Shown here piece by piece: positions 1-17,220 of a stretch of DNA of 64,000 nucleotides. Source of the DNA: the human T2T-CHM13v2.0 reference genome, Homo sapiens. The notes under the pieces were generated by a model that was not told where the DNA came from, did not search any database, and was given only the letters and a program-made list of their open reading frames with translations. Both the position numbers and the translations under genes were made by a program. Positions within the stretch are counted from its first letter, which is position 1. Each line of letters begins with the position of its first letter. The stretch lies in NCBI RefSeq assembly GCF_009914755.1, contig NC_060926.1, one strand, 5' to 3'.

Positions 1-1085
1 GGAGCCATCACAGAGGCCTCGGGCAGTCTGCATAGACAACTGCCTGGCAGGTGACCAGGAGGGGATGCATGAGCAGATGCAGGTAGCACTTGCAGTCCCC
101 CTAGCTGTGCCCTCAGCACCTGCTGTCTAGGAGGCAGAAGCCTTGTTCTCGGCCTTGCAGGTGACCCCAGTGTCTCTGAATTCGGCCCCATATGTGTAGG
201 AGGGGAGTGATTGCATCTGAAGATGGGAGTCTGGTTGGGGGTTTGGGAAGCTCCCATCACCCCTCAAGAGTCCACTGACCAGCCCAGCTCACACCAGGTG
301 GGCCTTGGCATTGGAGGCCACGGCTCAACTCTGCAGTTCCCTCTGGGCAGCATTTCCAGGGACTCGTAGGTCAGCATGGTCATCAAGGACAGGTGGTGAG
401 AGCAGCTCCTCATTGTCCTGGTGACCCCAATGGTTCATTTTCTGGTGTCTCTGTGGTGAGCTCCTGTTACATCAAGCGAGTGGAAACCACCGAGGACCAA
501 CAGCCCTGGAAATACACGGAGAATAAATATAGGATGAGTGGGCTTTGTGAGGGCTGTTTTCTGTGACTTAGCAAGGAAAGCCTAGAGGGGAAGGTAAAAC
601 TGCTTCTTCCCAGGGAAGCCAGAAGCCTGAGAACTTAAAAGGGAAGGAGAACTTAATGTATTTCAAAAATGTAACCCTCATGAATTAGCAACAGTTTTAT
701 AAAGAAAGAGCTTTCTGAGCTTTTAGAATCTGTTCTGATTCATCTGTGCCCTCACAAACTTTACCCTATTTTTATGAGTCATCTTGCGAACAGCCTCAAA
801 GGTGCATCAGAATGACAACAGAAACCAGAAGAGTTATTAGGGCACTAAGTATCAGGAGATCTGGGGCCATATATCTTTAGCGGGCAGTGTTTACTGCCCA
901 GGATGTCTCAGACATCACAATTTTCCGGAAATGATTTAGGTAATTGGAGTTTTCCTTCCCAAGACAAGGCATTTTAGGGAATAACGTCCCATATCTGTGG
1001 CGTTTGCGTCATGTATTCACTGTATTCATAGACTGCTTTAGGTACTTAGAGAGCAAAATATATCAATCCTGCGTTGCTGTATTAA

Positions 1086-1229
<144 letters not shown>

Positions 1230-2063
1230 TAATAAGTGCACACATTTCTATAGGCCTATGTGTTGTCTTAAATGTGCTATACTATCATACTAGCAGTCTT
1301 TAAACCAACTACTGGTGGGGCAAAGCCAAATTGAGATATGAAGGAAACAACTGTCTGAAATCCTCTCTATAACCTTCCACTCACTATGGAATCTGTGCTC
1401 CAAAGTGTGAATATCCCTGTATTTTGGGGTGATCCTTGATGTGCAGTGTTAGGCAGGTTCTGCCACCCTGGAGGCATTCAGAGGACAGAAACCTGATCTG
1501 CAAGTGGGGTTCCCCACTCCCGACAACAGGAGCCCCCAGCAGCATCCTAACTTTCAACCCAACACACGAATCCTTCTAAGTGCACAACGTGGTTTGAGAG
1601 AATTAGTGCAGTCATTAATACCCCATTCAGTGGATGATAAAACAAGACCAAAAAATGACTTACCTTAAGCACACCCATAGAAATGACACATGTGAAGAAC
1701 ACACTGTTTCCCCAAAGCAGCTTCATATTATGGGAAAAATTTAGCACTTTGGGAATTAAGATAGGTATTTGCTCACAGTAATAAGGATAGAATAGTGTAT
1801 TGGAAATCTGCCAGCCGTGGGTACAAGTGCCCCAGGCAGGGAGGGGGAATGGGCACTGTGTTGGTATTCTGCAGACAGATGTTTGCACCCCAATTCCTGA
1901 GGGTAGTTTCCCTGAGGGTAGCCCAGGACAACTGCCTGGGCACCTCTGCAATCGGCAGTGAGGCGGCACCACTGTCTACATCAAGGCATTCACTTTCAAA
2001 CACACATTTTGCTCACACAAGTTGAGTTCTATATTAGCATTTCAACTTAAAAATGGAAAACAA

Positions 2064-2895
<832 letters not shown>

Positions 2896-2989
2896 CCCTC
2901 CTTTTCCTTTTACCTGACCTGAGTTCAGAGCTGAGGGTCTGGCAGATGGTGCTCAGACTCTCTTGTAGAGAGTACAAGAGAGTACTTGT

Positions 2990-3292
2990 TTTTTTTTTTT
3001 TGTTTTTTTTTTTGAGACAGAGTCTCACTCTGTTGCCCAGGCTGGAGTACAGTGGCACCATCTCAGCTCACTGCAAACTCTGTCTCCTGGGTTCAAGCAG
3101 TTCTCTGCCTCAGCCTCCCAAGTAGCTGGGACTACAGACGCACACCACCACACCCAGCTAATTTTTGTATTTTTAGTAGAGACGGGGTTTCACCATGTTG
3201 GCCAGGCAGGTCTTGAACTCCTGACCTCGTGATCCGCCTGCCTCGGCCTCCCAAAGTGCTGGGATTACAGGTGTGAGCCACCGCACCTGGCC
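2990..3292 (-). mobile_element. Alu with 16-bp TSD
   Basis: ACAAGAGAGTACTTGT at 2974-2989 and 3293-3308 flanks an antisense Alu. Confidence 0.95.
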
Positions 3293-3945
3293 ACAAGAGA
3301 GTACTTGTACTTGGCTGTACAACGTGTGTGCTTCACCCTGAATTATGAAGAGTTCCCTAATCAATGGTAAGGTTTAGGATACCCATGGTTTCCCCAAATC
3401 CCACCCTGTGCGAGTCTGCTTCTGTGATATGTACAGCATGGAGGAGCAGATCAGAATGTTTATTCTCTGCAGGCAGACGGATGCCAGCCAGGAGGGACAG
3501 AGAGCTAGCCGCAGACACCTGGTGCCTCCTCCCAAACTGACCTGGGCAGGTCCTTCCCCCGCTGGGGTGGTGGGGCTGGGCAGTGGCTGAGCACATTCCT
3601 GAGGTGCTGCCCCGGAGGAATTCTCCCCTCCTCCTCAGGAGTGTGGGAAAGCGCTGCCTCCAGCTAGGAGCAGAGGCTCATCTGAGCTATCTGATCATGC
3701 TGGAGGGAGATTGGCTCCACAGACAGGATGAGCAGCTAGAATCCATGAAGCATTTCTCCCCTAGAAAGACTTAAAAGATTTAAAAGAAAAAAACCAGGCC
3801 AAATAGGTCACTGTCCAAGCTGGTAAATATGTGGTCTTTCCTGGGTGCAGGATTATGAACCTGGCCAGGAGTTCCCGGGCCGCACCATGCATCAGCCGGA
3901 GGTCAGGGTGGGGAATGGGAAGAGCTTATTAAAAATCCTTATTCC

Positions 3946-4133
<188 letters not shown>

Positions 4134-4614
4134 AAAATAGTGTGTTTTAATGTCTTGTCGGACTAGTTCCCCTTTTGCAGTTTTTGTTTTTTCATTGTTT
4201 TCCTGGCTATTTTTGCATGTTTGTTTTTCCATGTGAACTTTAACATCAACTTGTCTAACTTCATCAAAAGGCTATGGTATTCTGATTGGCATTGCATCAA
4301 ATTTATACTACAATATTCACTGTGGGAAAACAGATGTTAGGTCATCCTATGCTAGAAATGGGAATGCCTTTCCAGTTCTTCAAGTTTATTTTCACTGTGT
4401 GTTAAAGTTTTCCTTACATAGATTTTTACATGTATCTTCTTAAGTTTATTCCTAAGTCACTTAATTTTCTGTGTTGCTATTGTAAGAGAGGGGGTTTCTC
4501 TATCATTATACTCTCTACCTACTTAATGTTTGGGTATAGGAAGGCTTGATTTTTATATATTAATTTTATGTCCTATTGCCTTGTTCAATTCTACGTATAC
4601 TGTTATAGAGATAG

Positions 4615-5004
<390 letters not shown>

Positions 5005-5239
5005 TAATCTTGAATGGTTGCTGGAGATACAGTGGGCATCCTGCTTTGTTCTTGCTCTTGGAGAAATGCCTCTTGAGTTTCCTGATTAAGAGTCTGGTTA
5101 TAGGACTAATATGAATGAGAGATTATCTGTATATCTAGCCTTCCATCTACACACATACATGTAAATATGTATGCATACATATATTTATACTGAGAATGAG
5201 AATATATCTGTCCAAAAGATACTTTTTGGGTATTTTTTT

Positions 5240-7620
5240 CTGTTTCTGTGAGTTGTGTTACTTTAGATATCTCATGTAAGTTGAATCATACAGTATTTGT
5301 CTTTTTGTGGTTGGTTTAGTTCATGTAGTATAATGTTCTCAAGGTTAATGCATGTTGTAGCATATGACAGAATTTCCTTTCTTTTTAAGGCTGAATAATA
5401 TTCTATTGTATATATATACCATCTTTTCTTTATCCATTTATCTGTTGTTGGACACTTGGGTTGCTCTCACATCTTGGCTATTGTAAATAATGCTGCAATG
5501 AATATAGGTATGCAAATATCTCCAAGATCCTGTTTTCAATTCTTTAGGATATGTATCCAGAAGTGGGATTGTGGGGTCATATGGTAAATCTATCTTTAAT
5601 TTTTTGAGGAACCTCCATATTGTTTCCATAGCAGCTACACTGTTTTACAATCCCACCAATATGTGCAAGAGTTCCCATTTCTTCACATCCTTGTTAACAT
5701 TTGTTATTACATATTTAAAAAATCAAGAATGGGTGCTGAATTTTTGGAACTAATCATATGATTCTTTTCCTTAAGTCTATTAAGATTATATATATGATAA
5801 TAATGAATTTCCTAATATCAAACCAACCTTACATTCCTAGAATAAATTCTACTTGGTCATAGTGAGGCTTGGAGAGTCCAGTCACTGCTCAGGAATCTTG
5901 GGCCTGGGCCCAGCTTTTTCTCTGCTTCAGCACATCTGTGCTGTCACTCAGAGTGGCAGGGGATTGGAAGGAGCCTTGGGGTTCCTTTAGCCACCAAGAA
6001 AGCAGCAGGTCTTTGTATAGATATGTAGACTGAGCCATGATTTATAACTTTTAATTATTGATACATATGATAGGTGTTTCTCCATTTGTATTCTTTTTCA
6101 ATTTTTAAAAATTATTATACAATACACATAATATGAAGTTTACCATCTTAACCATTTTTAAGGGCACAGTTCAGTGGTATTAAATACATTCATAATGTTG
6201 TGCAACCATCACCAGCATTCATCTCCAGAACTCTTTTCATCTTATAAAACCAAAACTCTATACTCATTAAATAATAACCATCCATTCCTCCATCTCAGCA
6301 TCCCCTGGCAACCACCGTTCTACTTTCTGTATGATTTTGACTATAAATATCTCACGTAAGTGCAATCATACAGTATTTTGTTACTGACATTTCATTTTGC
6401 ATAATGTCCTCAAGGTTCATCCATGTTGTGGCATATTTCAAAATGTCCTTTCTTTCTTTCTTTCTTTTTTTTTTTTTTGAGACAGAGCCTCACTCTATCG
6501 CCCAGGCTGCAGTGGCGCGATCTTGGCTCACTGCAACCTCCTCCTCCTGGGTTCATGCCATTCTCCTGTCTCAGTCTCCCCAGTAGCTGGGACTACAGGG
6601 ACTACAGGCACCCGCCACCACGCCCGGCTAATTTTTTTTTTTTTTTTTTGTATTTTTAATAGAGATGGGGTTTCACTGTGTTAGCCAGGATGGTCTCGAT
6701 CTCCTGACCTCATGATCCGCCCGCCTCGGCCTCCCAAAGTGCTGGGATTACAGGCGTGAACCACCATGCCCGGCCCAGAATGTCCTTTCTTTTCGAAGCG
6801 GAGTAATATTCCATTGTATGTATCTACCATGTTTTGTTTACTTACTTATCCCTTGATGGATATTTGGGTTGTTTCCACATTTTAGCCTTGTGAATAATCC
6901 TGTTATGAACGTGGATGTACAAATAATTCTTTGAGACCCTGCTTTCAGGTATTTTGGGTATATACTCAGAAGTGAGATTGCTGGATGATATGATTTTGGT
7001 TTTAATTTTCTGAGGAAACGCCATGCTGTTTCCCATCATGGCGGTACCATTTGCATTCCTACCAACAGCACACAAGGGTTCCAGTTTCTCCACATCCTCG
7101 CCAATTCCCTAATGATTAGTGATGTTGAGCATCTTTTCAAGTACTATTGGCCATTTGTATATCTTCTTTGGAAAAATATCTATTCAAGTTCTTTGCCCAT
7201 TTTTGAATCAGTTGTTTGTATTTTTGTATATTGTTGGGTGTCAGGAGTTCTCTCTATAGTCTGAGTATCATTCCCTTATCAGATAAACAATTTGCAAATG
7301 TTTTTTCCCATCCTGGGTGGGGTACCTTTTTATTCTGTTGACACTGTCTTTTGATGCGCAAAATTTTAAAATTTGCATACAGTCCAATTTGTCTGTTTTT
7401 TCTTTGGTGGCCTGTGCCTTTGGTATCAAACCCAAGAAATAATTTCCAAATCCAATGTCATGAAGTTTCTGCTCTATGTTTTTCTCTAAACGTTTTTATA
7501 GTTTTAGGTATTACATTTAGGTCTTTGGTCCATTGTGAGTTAATTTTTGTTTATGGTGTTGGATAAGGCTCTAACTTTATTCTTTCGCATATGATATCCT
7601 GTTTTCCTAGTACCATTTGT
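5240..7620 (-). mobile_element. Old L1 (L1M-type) 3' fragments, interrupted by an Alu at about 6448-6776
   Basis: Typical antisense L1 3' text; minus-strand ORFs [24 protein letters not shown] and KMWKQPKYPS resemble the ORF2 C-terminus. Confidence 0.85.
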
Positions 7621-7704
7621 TAACCTATTAAAATTCTTGTGCTGGTTTTTTGCAAATGTTAGGTGTGGTCTGCCCAGGAATGTATATTACAGTGCCAAGA
7701 TACC

Positions 7705-7780
7705 TCAGCCCCTGAATAATGTATCTTCACCCTTGAATAAAAAATGCCCCTGAATAATTTACCTTCACCCCTGAATAATC
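7705..7780. repeat. Short degenerate tandem repeat
   Basis: CCC(C/T)TGAATAA occurs four times; roughly a 39-bp unit twice. Confidence 0.7.
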
Positions 7781-7887
7781 ATTGTTTAAGTAAAATTAAA
7801 TGATATGCTTGAGGAATAGAAAGCCTACTATCTAGCTTGATCTTTTGATTTCTAAAACTGTTTCTTCAGTCAATTGCTTTAACATAA

Positions 7888-8131
<244 letters not shown>

Positions 8132-8670
8132 AGTCTTGCCTAGCAAGACAGGTTTAGCAGGGTAGTTCTGGCTCAGAGTCCCCCATGAGGTTGCAGTCAA
8201 GATTCTTCCAGATTCATTCTCTCACTCAAGACCTAACTACTGATCTGTCCTACCCAGTGGGAAGCACTGTGCTGGAAGCTAGAGAGCTCAGTGAGGCATT
8301 CTTGTCCTCCAAGAGCTCACAGCTCTTAGGAGAGTCAATCTAATCGGTAAATAACTATTAGATATAAACATGCTAACATTGAAGGTCTTTAAAAAGTGCT
8401 TACGTTGTAATCGCACGGAGTTCTGGGAGAACAAGAGGCTGATCTCCTTGATAGGGTTTTTCCAAGTAGGAAGAGTGAGGGAAGAAGAGGGCTGAGAAGA
8501 ACTGTAGGCAGTGACAAAGCTCACGTCTGCCAGCTGAGGGGGCTGATCAGATCCATCTTCAGAGGGTGGGAGCTGCTCTCAGGCTACTCTGCAGGGACAG
8601 TAAATTCCAGACCACACTGTCTGCACCTCCTCCTTGGCAGTAGTGACCATTCAAAAAAAAAAGAAAAAAA

Positions 8671-9043
<373 letters not shown>

Positions 9044-9924
9044 TTAAAAGGTGTGCCCAGGTCTGTGGACAGCAGCTGTAGCTACTGATGATCATAGGTC
9101 CACTGAATGGAACATAGCATCAGTCCTAGCAATAACATGCTATTAACATGTAATCAAAGGCTCACGTCAATGTTAGAGTCTCCAAAACATAGAGAATCAT
9201 GAAGATGAAAGACTTCAACTTTTTCTTGAGCACAAAGTCAGAGTTTCTTGGTTCTGCACTCCTTTAAGAAGGTTTTTACCAAGCCCAGCACATGCTTGAT
9301 TGGCAGCTTGGGTTGAGCCTACACCATGGAAGGACGGGAGAATTGCTCTTGTAATGGGTGGCTGCTCCTGTCATAGTTAGTAGTTCTAAAGTTGGAAAGA
9401 AATCTGGAAATGAAACTGTGTTGGTCAAAAATTTGATAATTGTGCTTATTTTTTCCCACAAAAAAATAATCCAAGAAATGATCAAACACAAACCATCAAA
9501 CATAAAAGACGCCTTCAGATTCTTCAAAGAACCTTAGGTAAATGAAAACTTACGTCCATACTGACGATAAGAATAGGCAGTGGCTCTTGCCTCTGGTAGA
9601 GAAAGAGAGTGAAAATGTGTTCCCGTGTCAGGTCTACCATTGCTGCAGCTCTGTGGAAGACCAAGCCAAGCGCGCCCCCTGGTGGATAACTCCATGCTCG
9701 CCAGGGCTTTCTGTCTGTGGCTATTAATCTGAGTCGGATTTGACATGTTGCATTTCAAAAGTCAAGTTAATTATCAGTCTTATTAAATTGGGAGTTTTCT
9801 CTCTTTTCTAAGCCAAGTTGAATAAGGAACAAATTTCTCTCTTTTTTCCAGGAATACCTAGAACTTCATGAGACTGTTATCAGACACCCACATGATGGTC
9901 TTAATCATATTGTGATAATTTTCT

Positions 9925-10176
9925 GTTATTTTATTTTATTGTTTAATTTTATTATTCTTTTGAGACAGGGTCTCGCTCTGTTACCTGGGCTGGAGTGCAG
10001 AGGTGTGATTATAGCTCTCTGCAGCCTTGATCTCCTGAGTTCAAGCCATCTGCCTACCTCAGCCTTTCTAGTAGCTGGGACTATAGGTGTGCGCCACCAT
10101 GCCTGGCTAATTTTTTTTTTTTTATTTTTAGTAGAGATGAAGTCTTGCTATGTTGCCCAGGCTGGTCGCAAACTCT
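9925..10176 (-). mobile_element. AluJ-type, truncated
   Basis: Diverged antisense Alu (gacagggtctcgctctgttacc...). Confidence 0.85.
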
Positions 10177-10834
10177 TATTGTGACAGTTCTCTATCTCTC
10201 TGTGAACAAGGCCAAGGAAGATTTACCAAACCCATCCAAAGCTGCCCCGCCCCCACTTCCAGCTCTTGGAGGTCTCCCATCTGGAGCTGGGGGCTCCAGC
10301 CTGCTTTGAAGTCTTCCGGGGTGTGAGATTCATTACTTCTCATCCTTTCCCATTCCCTCTTTGATAGCTCACCTTCTAAATGCTAAACAGTCCAAACAGA
10401 TTTCCCTGGAGCGCCTACCCATTGGTTCTAGTTTGTTCCCCAGAGCTTCTCAAAACATCTCTCAGCCTCTTCCCAGGCCATCCTGCATCTGGCAAAGATA
10501 GGCAGGCCATGCTGGCCTCCCGATTTTCTCCAAGCTAAACTCAGGCCCTTTGACAGGTCCCATATGCAAACGAGTCAGGCACCAAAGGGCAGAGCTAGGA
10601 TGCAAATATTTCTCATTTTCGACTGTCTTCTTTCTATTAAACTATTCTGCAATCCCTCTACTGATACCTGAATATTTCAGTGTGGTTAATTTTCCTATCT
10701 TGTCCTCGCAACTCAAGAAAATTTTTATAGTACTTCGTGTTTTAAAAATTATTTTCATGAACATTGTACAATCTGTGAAGTAGGTCTCATTATCTCTATT
10801 TTATGCAAGTGGAGAAGTAGGCTGGGGCTTAGAG

Positions 10835-11020
10835 AGGTTCTCTAAGTGTGGTCCTCTACCCACAGAAGCAGCGTCTTTCAGGATCTGTGAGACATACGCA
10901 TTCCCAGGCCTACCCCAGACCTATGGAATCAGAAACTCTGGGGTGGGGCTTAGGAATCTGTGTTTTCATAAGCCCTCCCAGTGTGATTCAGATGCACGCT
11001 CGAGTGTAAGAAATGCTGCC
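10835..11020. mobile_element. MER5A-like hAT-Charlie MITE
   Basis: ggttctctaagtgtggtcc...ccccagacctatggaatcagaaactctggggtgggg...ggaatctgtgtttt matches the MER5A consensus as I recall it. Confidence 0.8.
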
Positions 11021-11189
11021 TCAGCTATGGGTGGGTTGCCCAGGAATTTGTTAGATTTTTTAAAAAGTAAACAAAAACAATAAAACACCAAAACACTGAG
11101 GTTCTGTAGGACATTTAGACTTTTCCCCCAAGTCCTCCCTAACTCCTCACTTTGAGTCTAGAAGAAGCTACTTTTATCATAAACGCTGA

Positions 11190-11372
<183 letters not shown>

Positions 11373-11486
11373 TAAACTAAGTATGATGCTTAAATACGGA
11401 CAACTTCTGAATGTGTCTTTTGCCTTTCATGGTATTTTAACTGACATCTTTAATTCACCCGCTAAAGTGAATTAAATCTGCAGTGA

Positions 11487-11845
<359 letters not shown>

Positions 11846-12861
11846 CCCAACTCCGGGAATTTCACCACTCTTCCAAAAAGATGCTACTTTTATATTGTTT
11901 CTATACAGCCAGGGCTTCACCCTCGCTCATCCCTGAGCCCAGACCTGTTTAGAGTGGGCAGAAGCTCACCCATGCTGGTACCAAGTGCAGTACACCCCTC
12001 CACACTGCCACTCCCTGTCAAAATTATACCTGGTTGTCACTTCCTAATGCTTAGAAATTAAATGCTGAATTATTCTAGCAGAGCCTTAGAGCTGCTGGAT
12101 ACGCTGCCTCTTGGCATAGCATAGCTGAAGGTAGGAGGCTGGACATGCCCTGTTTTCTCCCCATCACCCAAGAAGACCCTTGCTCAGCACTCTGCTGTCT
12201 ACATAACCGGCTGCCCTGGGCAGCTCTCCACACGAAACCAGCCGATACCTGGGATCATACCTCCATGCCTGATTTCCCTGATGTCTTTTTCTTTTTTGGT
12301 CACATTATAAATGGGGTGACAGAAGCTCTAGGAGACACTAATGTCGGCTGAGATCTCCTTCCTTTGAGATCTAGCTAAGACTGCCGCGTTTTCCCCAGCC
12401 TGTGCTCAGTGGTATTCCGTCCACTCTCACAATTTCTGTAAGTCCTCAGAGGGGCTCAGGAGCTCAGGATCATCTGTGGCCTTGTGTTTGCCTCGTGCTG
12501 GTGCAGACATGAAATCTCCCAAACCTACACACACGAGGCAGATTGTGTATGCAGTACAACTTTCTGAGGCCAGGGGGCAGAGGAGGGGAAGCAGAGAAGA
12601 GGTTATATCACTGCCCTGTGAAAAGCTGCAGAGTGTTCGCCTCCATTGTTCTTAAAATCCTTTGCAGTAGGATTTCTCAACCTCCTCTAGTGCCCCTGCT
12701 TCCTCCTACCCATCTGAGCTCTCCTCTGTTCTTCTCTTTACCTCCTACAAATTGTCTGTGGAACTTTCTTTCTGGCTGCTTTGTTGCATGCCAGCCCGTA
12801 TCCTCAGTGTCTCATCTCCACCCCCCAAAATCATCCCATCTTATCGCCAAATAGCAGATGA

Positions 12862-13246
<385 letters not shown>

Positions 13247-13323
13247 GAGATGCCAAGGTTTCTATTCTGTTATGAATGGAATGAACAGGTGTCCCTTGCA
13301 GGCTTAGTCCTGGTTGTGGGTAG

Positions 13324-13536
<213 letters not shown>

Positions 13537-14855
13537 TAACCTTCCTTCCAAGAACCCGCGGGTGTTAGAACTCACGCTGCCCTCAGGGCTTCCTGCTGAT
13601 CTGGTTTACGAGGAGGGCAGAAGCTGCAAGCCTGGTTGTGCTTCAGCATCCCCTGGCCTGCTCTGTCAAAGCACACAGGACCTGGGCCATGGGTTTTCGG
13701 CACAGCCTGGGTGATTCTGATGCACAGCCGGGTTTGGGGATCCCTGGGTGGGCCAGGGTTGCCTCTCAAGGCCACTACGGTTAGGCCAGACCTGTCCCCA
13801 TATTGAGGGCTCTGGCTGAAAGATTGGTAAATAGGAATATGGATTTACAAAAGAAAGGAAAAATACAAATCTAAGAGGGTGAGGAGGGCTGAAGCCACGA
13901 AGGAGAGTGAGAGCAGGGCTGATATTCAGCTCCTTCACATTGGCACAGCTGCCCTGCTTGTTAGAATACTGAAAGCCTTCCCCGAGCTTCCCACTGACCT
14001 CCTGATCTTCTCCGTGATCCTGCAAATGAAGGATTAGTGCCTGGCACAGCCGTGGCCCTCCAAGGCTCTGCTTCAGTGGTGGTCATTTTGACTGGTCAGT
14101 GCCTGTCTACACCCCCGTCTACACCAGTTGTTAAATATTTTGGTTAGGCCTCTAGATGAGGGGGCTCAGGCACAGAGGCACTCACCATGAGCAGGCGCTA
14201 GGAAGCAAATGGTTTGCACGATGACGTGTATGCATAGCTGCATTTTGAAATTACGTGCTTCTTGCTGCGTCCCCAGGGACATGTATTCCTGACCACAGAA
14301 GGAAGAGCAGCTCCCCACAGCCCTTCAGTCCTGCCTGACACTGCACTGAATGCTCAGCTTGCCCCTAGAGCAATGGGGTGGAGGTGTGTGTTGAGGGGAA
14401 GTGTCCATCCCCACCCCTACCCACCCTCTGACTCCAGAGGTAGCAGTGTTTGAATTTCCCCACAAGAGTGGCATTGCTTTCTCTCCATGCCAAGGCTCCT
14501 GGAACTGGTGACTTATTCAGGCCACCTCCCCCAACCCCCACCTCCAGCATCCTCTTCCTACCAAGGCTCATCCATTGGACCTGCCATTTTCCCTCCATGC
14601 CCCTTGAGATGCCAGCAGAAGTGGTCAGAACTGTGGCCCCTCCCATAGGGACCAGTCAAAGTTGTGGGTGGCCTGAGTTAGTTAAGAGAAACTGGGGGGA
14701 AGAGAGTATCCCAGAGGCTCTGTGCTGCCCAGAGGCAAAAAGAATTTCACAGATGACAAACCTTACTGATGGGAAGCAGAATCCTCACGCTGGGAAGCGT
14801 CAGCCTCCACCACTGCCCAGCGAGTAGACAGCAGGACTCCTGTGCGCTGAGCTGA

Positions 14856-15017
<162 letters not shown>

Positions 15018-15253
15018 GCCAGGTCGTGGGGCCGTCAAACCAGGACTTGAAACCACAATGCGAGGACATTCTCCATCTGCGCACCACAGGGAGGCAATTC
15101 CATTTCTGCCCGGGAGGTGTATTCTACAAAAACGTCTGCTTCCCATCCCAATTTGAATGGACCAAGAAAAACTGCTTTACCATAGGACACTTGTGGCAAT
15201 ATGGCACCGATGGCTGGCGTCGGTGAACCCGACAGACTATGGATTTATCATTT

Positions 15254-15259
15254 AATAAA
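15254..15259 (+). terminator. Polyadenylation signal of the upstream gene
   Basis: AATAAA about 240 nt after the TAA, followed by T-rich sequence. Confidence 0.7.
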
Positions 15260-15518
15260 GCATTGATTCATTTTTTCAGTCATTCATTGAACAGATATTA
15301 ATAGACCACCTCACATGCTGACAATATCAAAATACAATGAGGAAACTAACAGTGACCCAGGCATGCATTCTTCCCCGAGCAAGATCACAGTCCATGGTGT
15401 GAGCACAACCATACTAAATAGCTTTTATGGGAGGTGGGAGTAAAGAAAGTATTATATCTGCAAAGAAACTGCTAAGAATTGTGGGAGCGCCCCAGGAGGT
15501 GATTTCCTGCTTGCGTGA

Positions 15519-15894
<376 letters not shown>

Positions 15895-16234
15895 TGAGAA
15901 TGTGAAAGGCTAAACTCATCCCTTTCTTTCCCCACTTTCTCCAGCAACCAGCCAATATCATACTCCTCAGTTTAATTAAAATGTTCTCAGATATCATCAA
16001 ACACGTGGGCACCCAGAACCTTGCCTTTTATATGTGTTTGATTGAGAGTATCCAATGGTAATATTTTGTATATCTCTATTGCCACATCATGCCATGGAGT
16101 ACCTAAATGCCCTCTTGGCCACTGGAAATAGATTTAAGATTCTGTTCCTCTCTTCTAGTACCAAAATTTGGATGAGTCAGGGTCCCATGAGAGAAACAGA
16201 ACTAGTAGGAGGATATATAGAGTAGTAAGAGATT

Positions 16235-17070
16235 TTTTTAACTTTTAATTTTTGTGGGTACATAGTAGGGGTATGTATTTATGGGGTACACGAGATATTT
16301 TGATACAGGCATGCCATGCATAATAATCACGTGAGGGTGAATGGAGTATCCAAAACCTGGTGCATTTATCCTTCATGTTATAAACAATCCAATTATGTTC
16401 TTTTAGTTATTTTTAAGGTGCAATTAAATTACTATTGACTGTGGTCCCCCTACTGTGCTATCAAATACTAGGTCTTATTCATTCTTTTATTTTTTGTACC
16501 TATTAACCATCCTTACATCTCCCCCACCCCCACTACTCTTCCCAGCCTCTGGTAACCACCCTTCTACTCTCTATCTCCATGAATTCAATTGTTTTAATTC
16601 TTAGCTCTCAGAAATGATGAGCGCATGCAAAGTTTGTCTTTCTGTGCCTGGCTTATTTCACTCAACATAATGACTTCCAGTTCCATCTATGTTGGTGCAA
16701 ATGACCATTTTTTGAATGGCTGAATAGTACTCCATTGTGTAAATGTACCACATTTCCTCATCCATTCATCTGTTGATAGACTGTTGTTAGGTTGTTTCCA
16801 GATCTTGGCTATTGTGAATAGTGCTGCAATAAACATGAGAGTGCAGATATCTCTTTTATACACTGATTTCCCTTCTTTTGAGTATATACACAGCAGTGGG
16901 ATTGCTGGATTGTATGGTAGCTCTATTTTTAGTTTTTTGAGGAACCTCCAAACTGTTCTCCATAGTGGTTGTACTAACGTACATTCCATACATTAGCAAT
17001 AATGTATGAGAGTTCCCTTTTCTCCACATCCTCGCCAGCACTTGTTATTGCCTATCTACTGGATATAAGG
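16235..17070 (-). mobile_element. L1 3' fragment (L1MA/L1PB-like)
   Basis: [31 protein letters not shown]...[15 protein letters not shown] is the L1 ORF2 C-terminus; 3' UTR text adjacent. Confidence 0.9.
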
Positions 17071-17074
17071 GACA

Positions 17075-17220
17075 ATTCTTCTCTAGAGCCTCTGAGGGGC
17101 CTGCAGCCCTGCTAACACCTCGGTTTCAGACTCTGGCCTCCAGAATGTGACAGAATAAATTTTTGCTGTTTTAAGCCACTCGGTTTGTGGTTGTTATGGC
17201 AGCCCTGGGAAATGAATACA
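17075..17220 (+). mobile_element. MaLR LTR 3' fragment (MLT1-type)
   Basis: cagactctggcctccagaatgtgacagaataaatttttgctgttttaagccac...gcagccctgggaaatgaataca. Confidence 0.8.

Noticed and set aside
16687-16989. ORF resembling the L1 ORF2 C-terminus (also 5438-5629 and 6842-7093)
   Set aside because: Short decayed L1 remnants with no RT or endonuclease domain; not functional genes.
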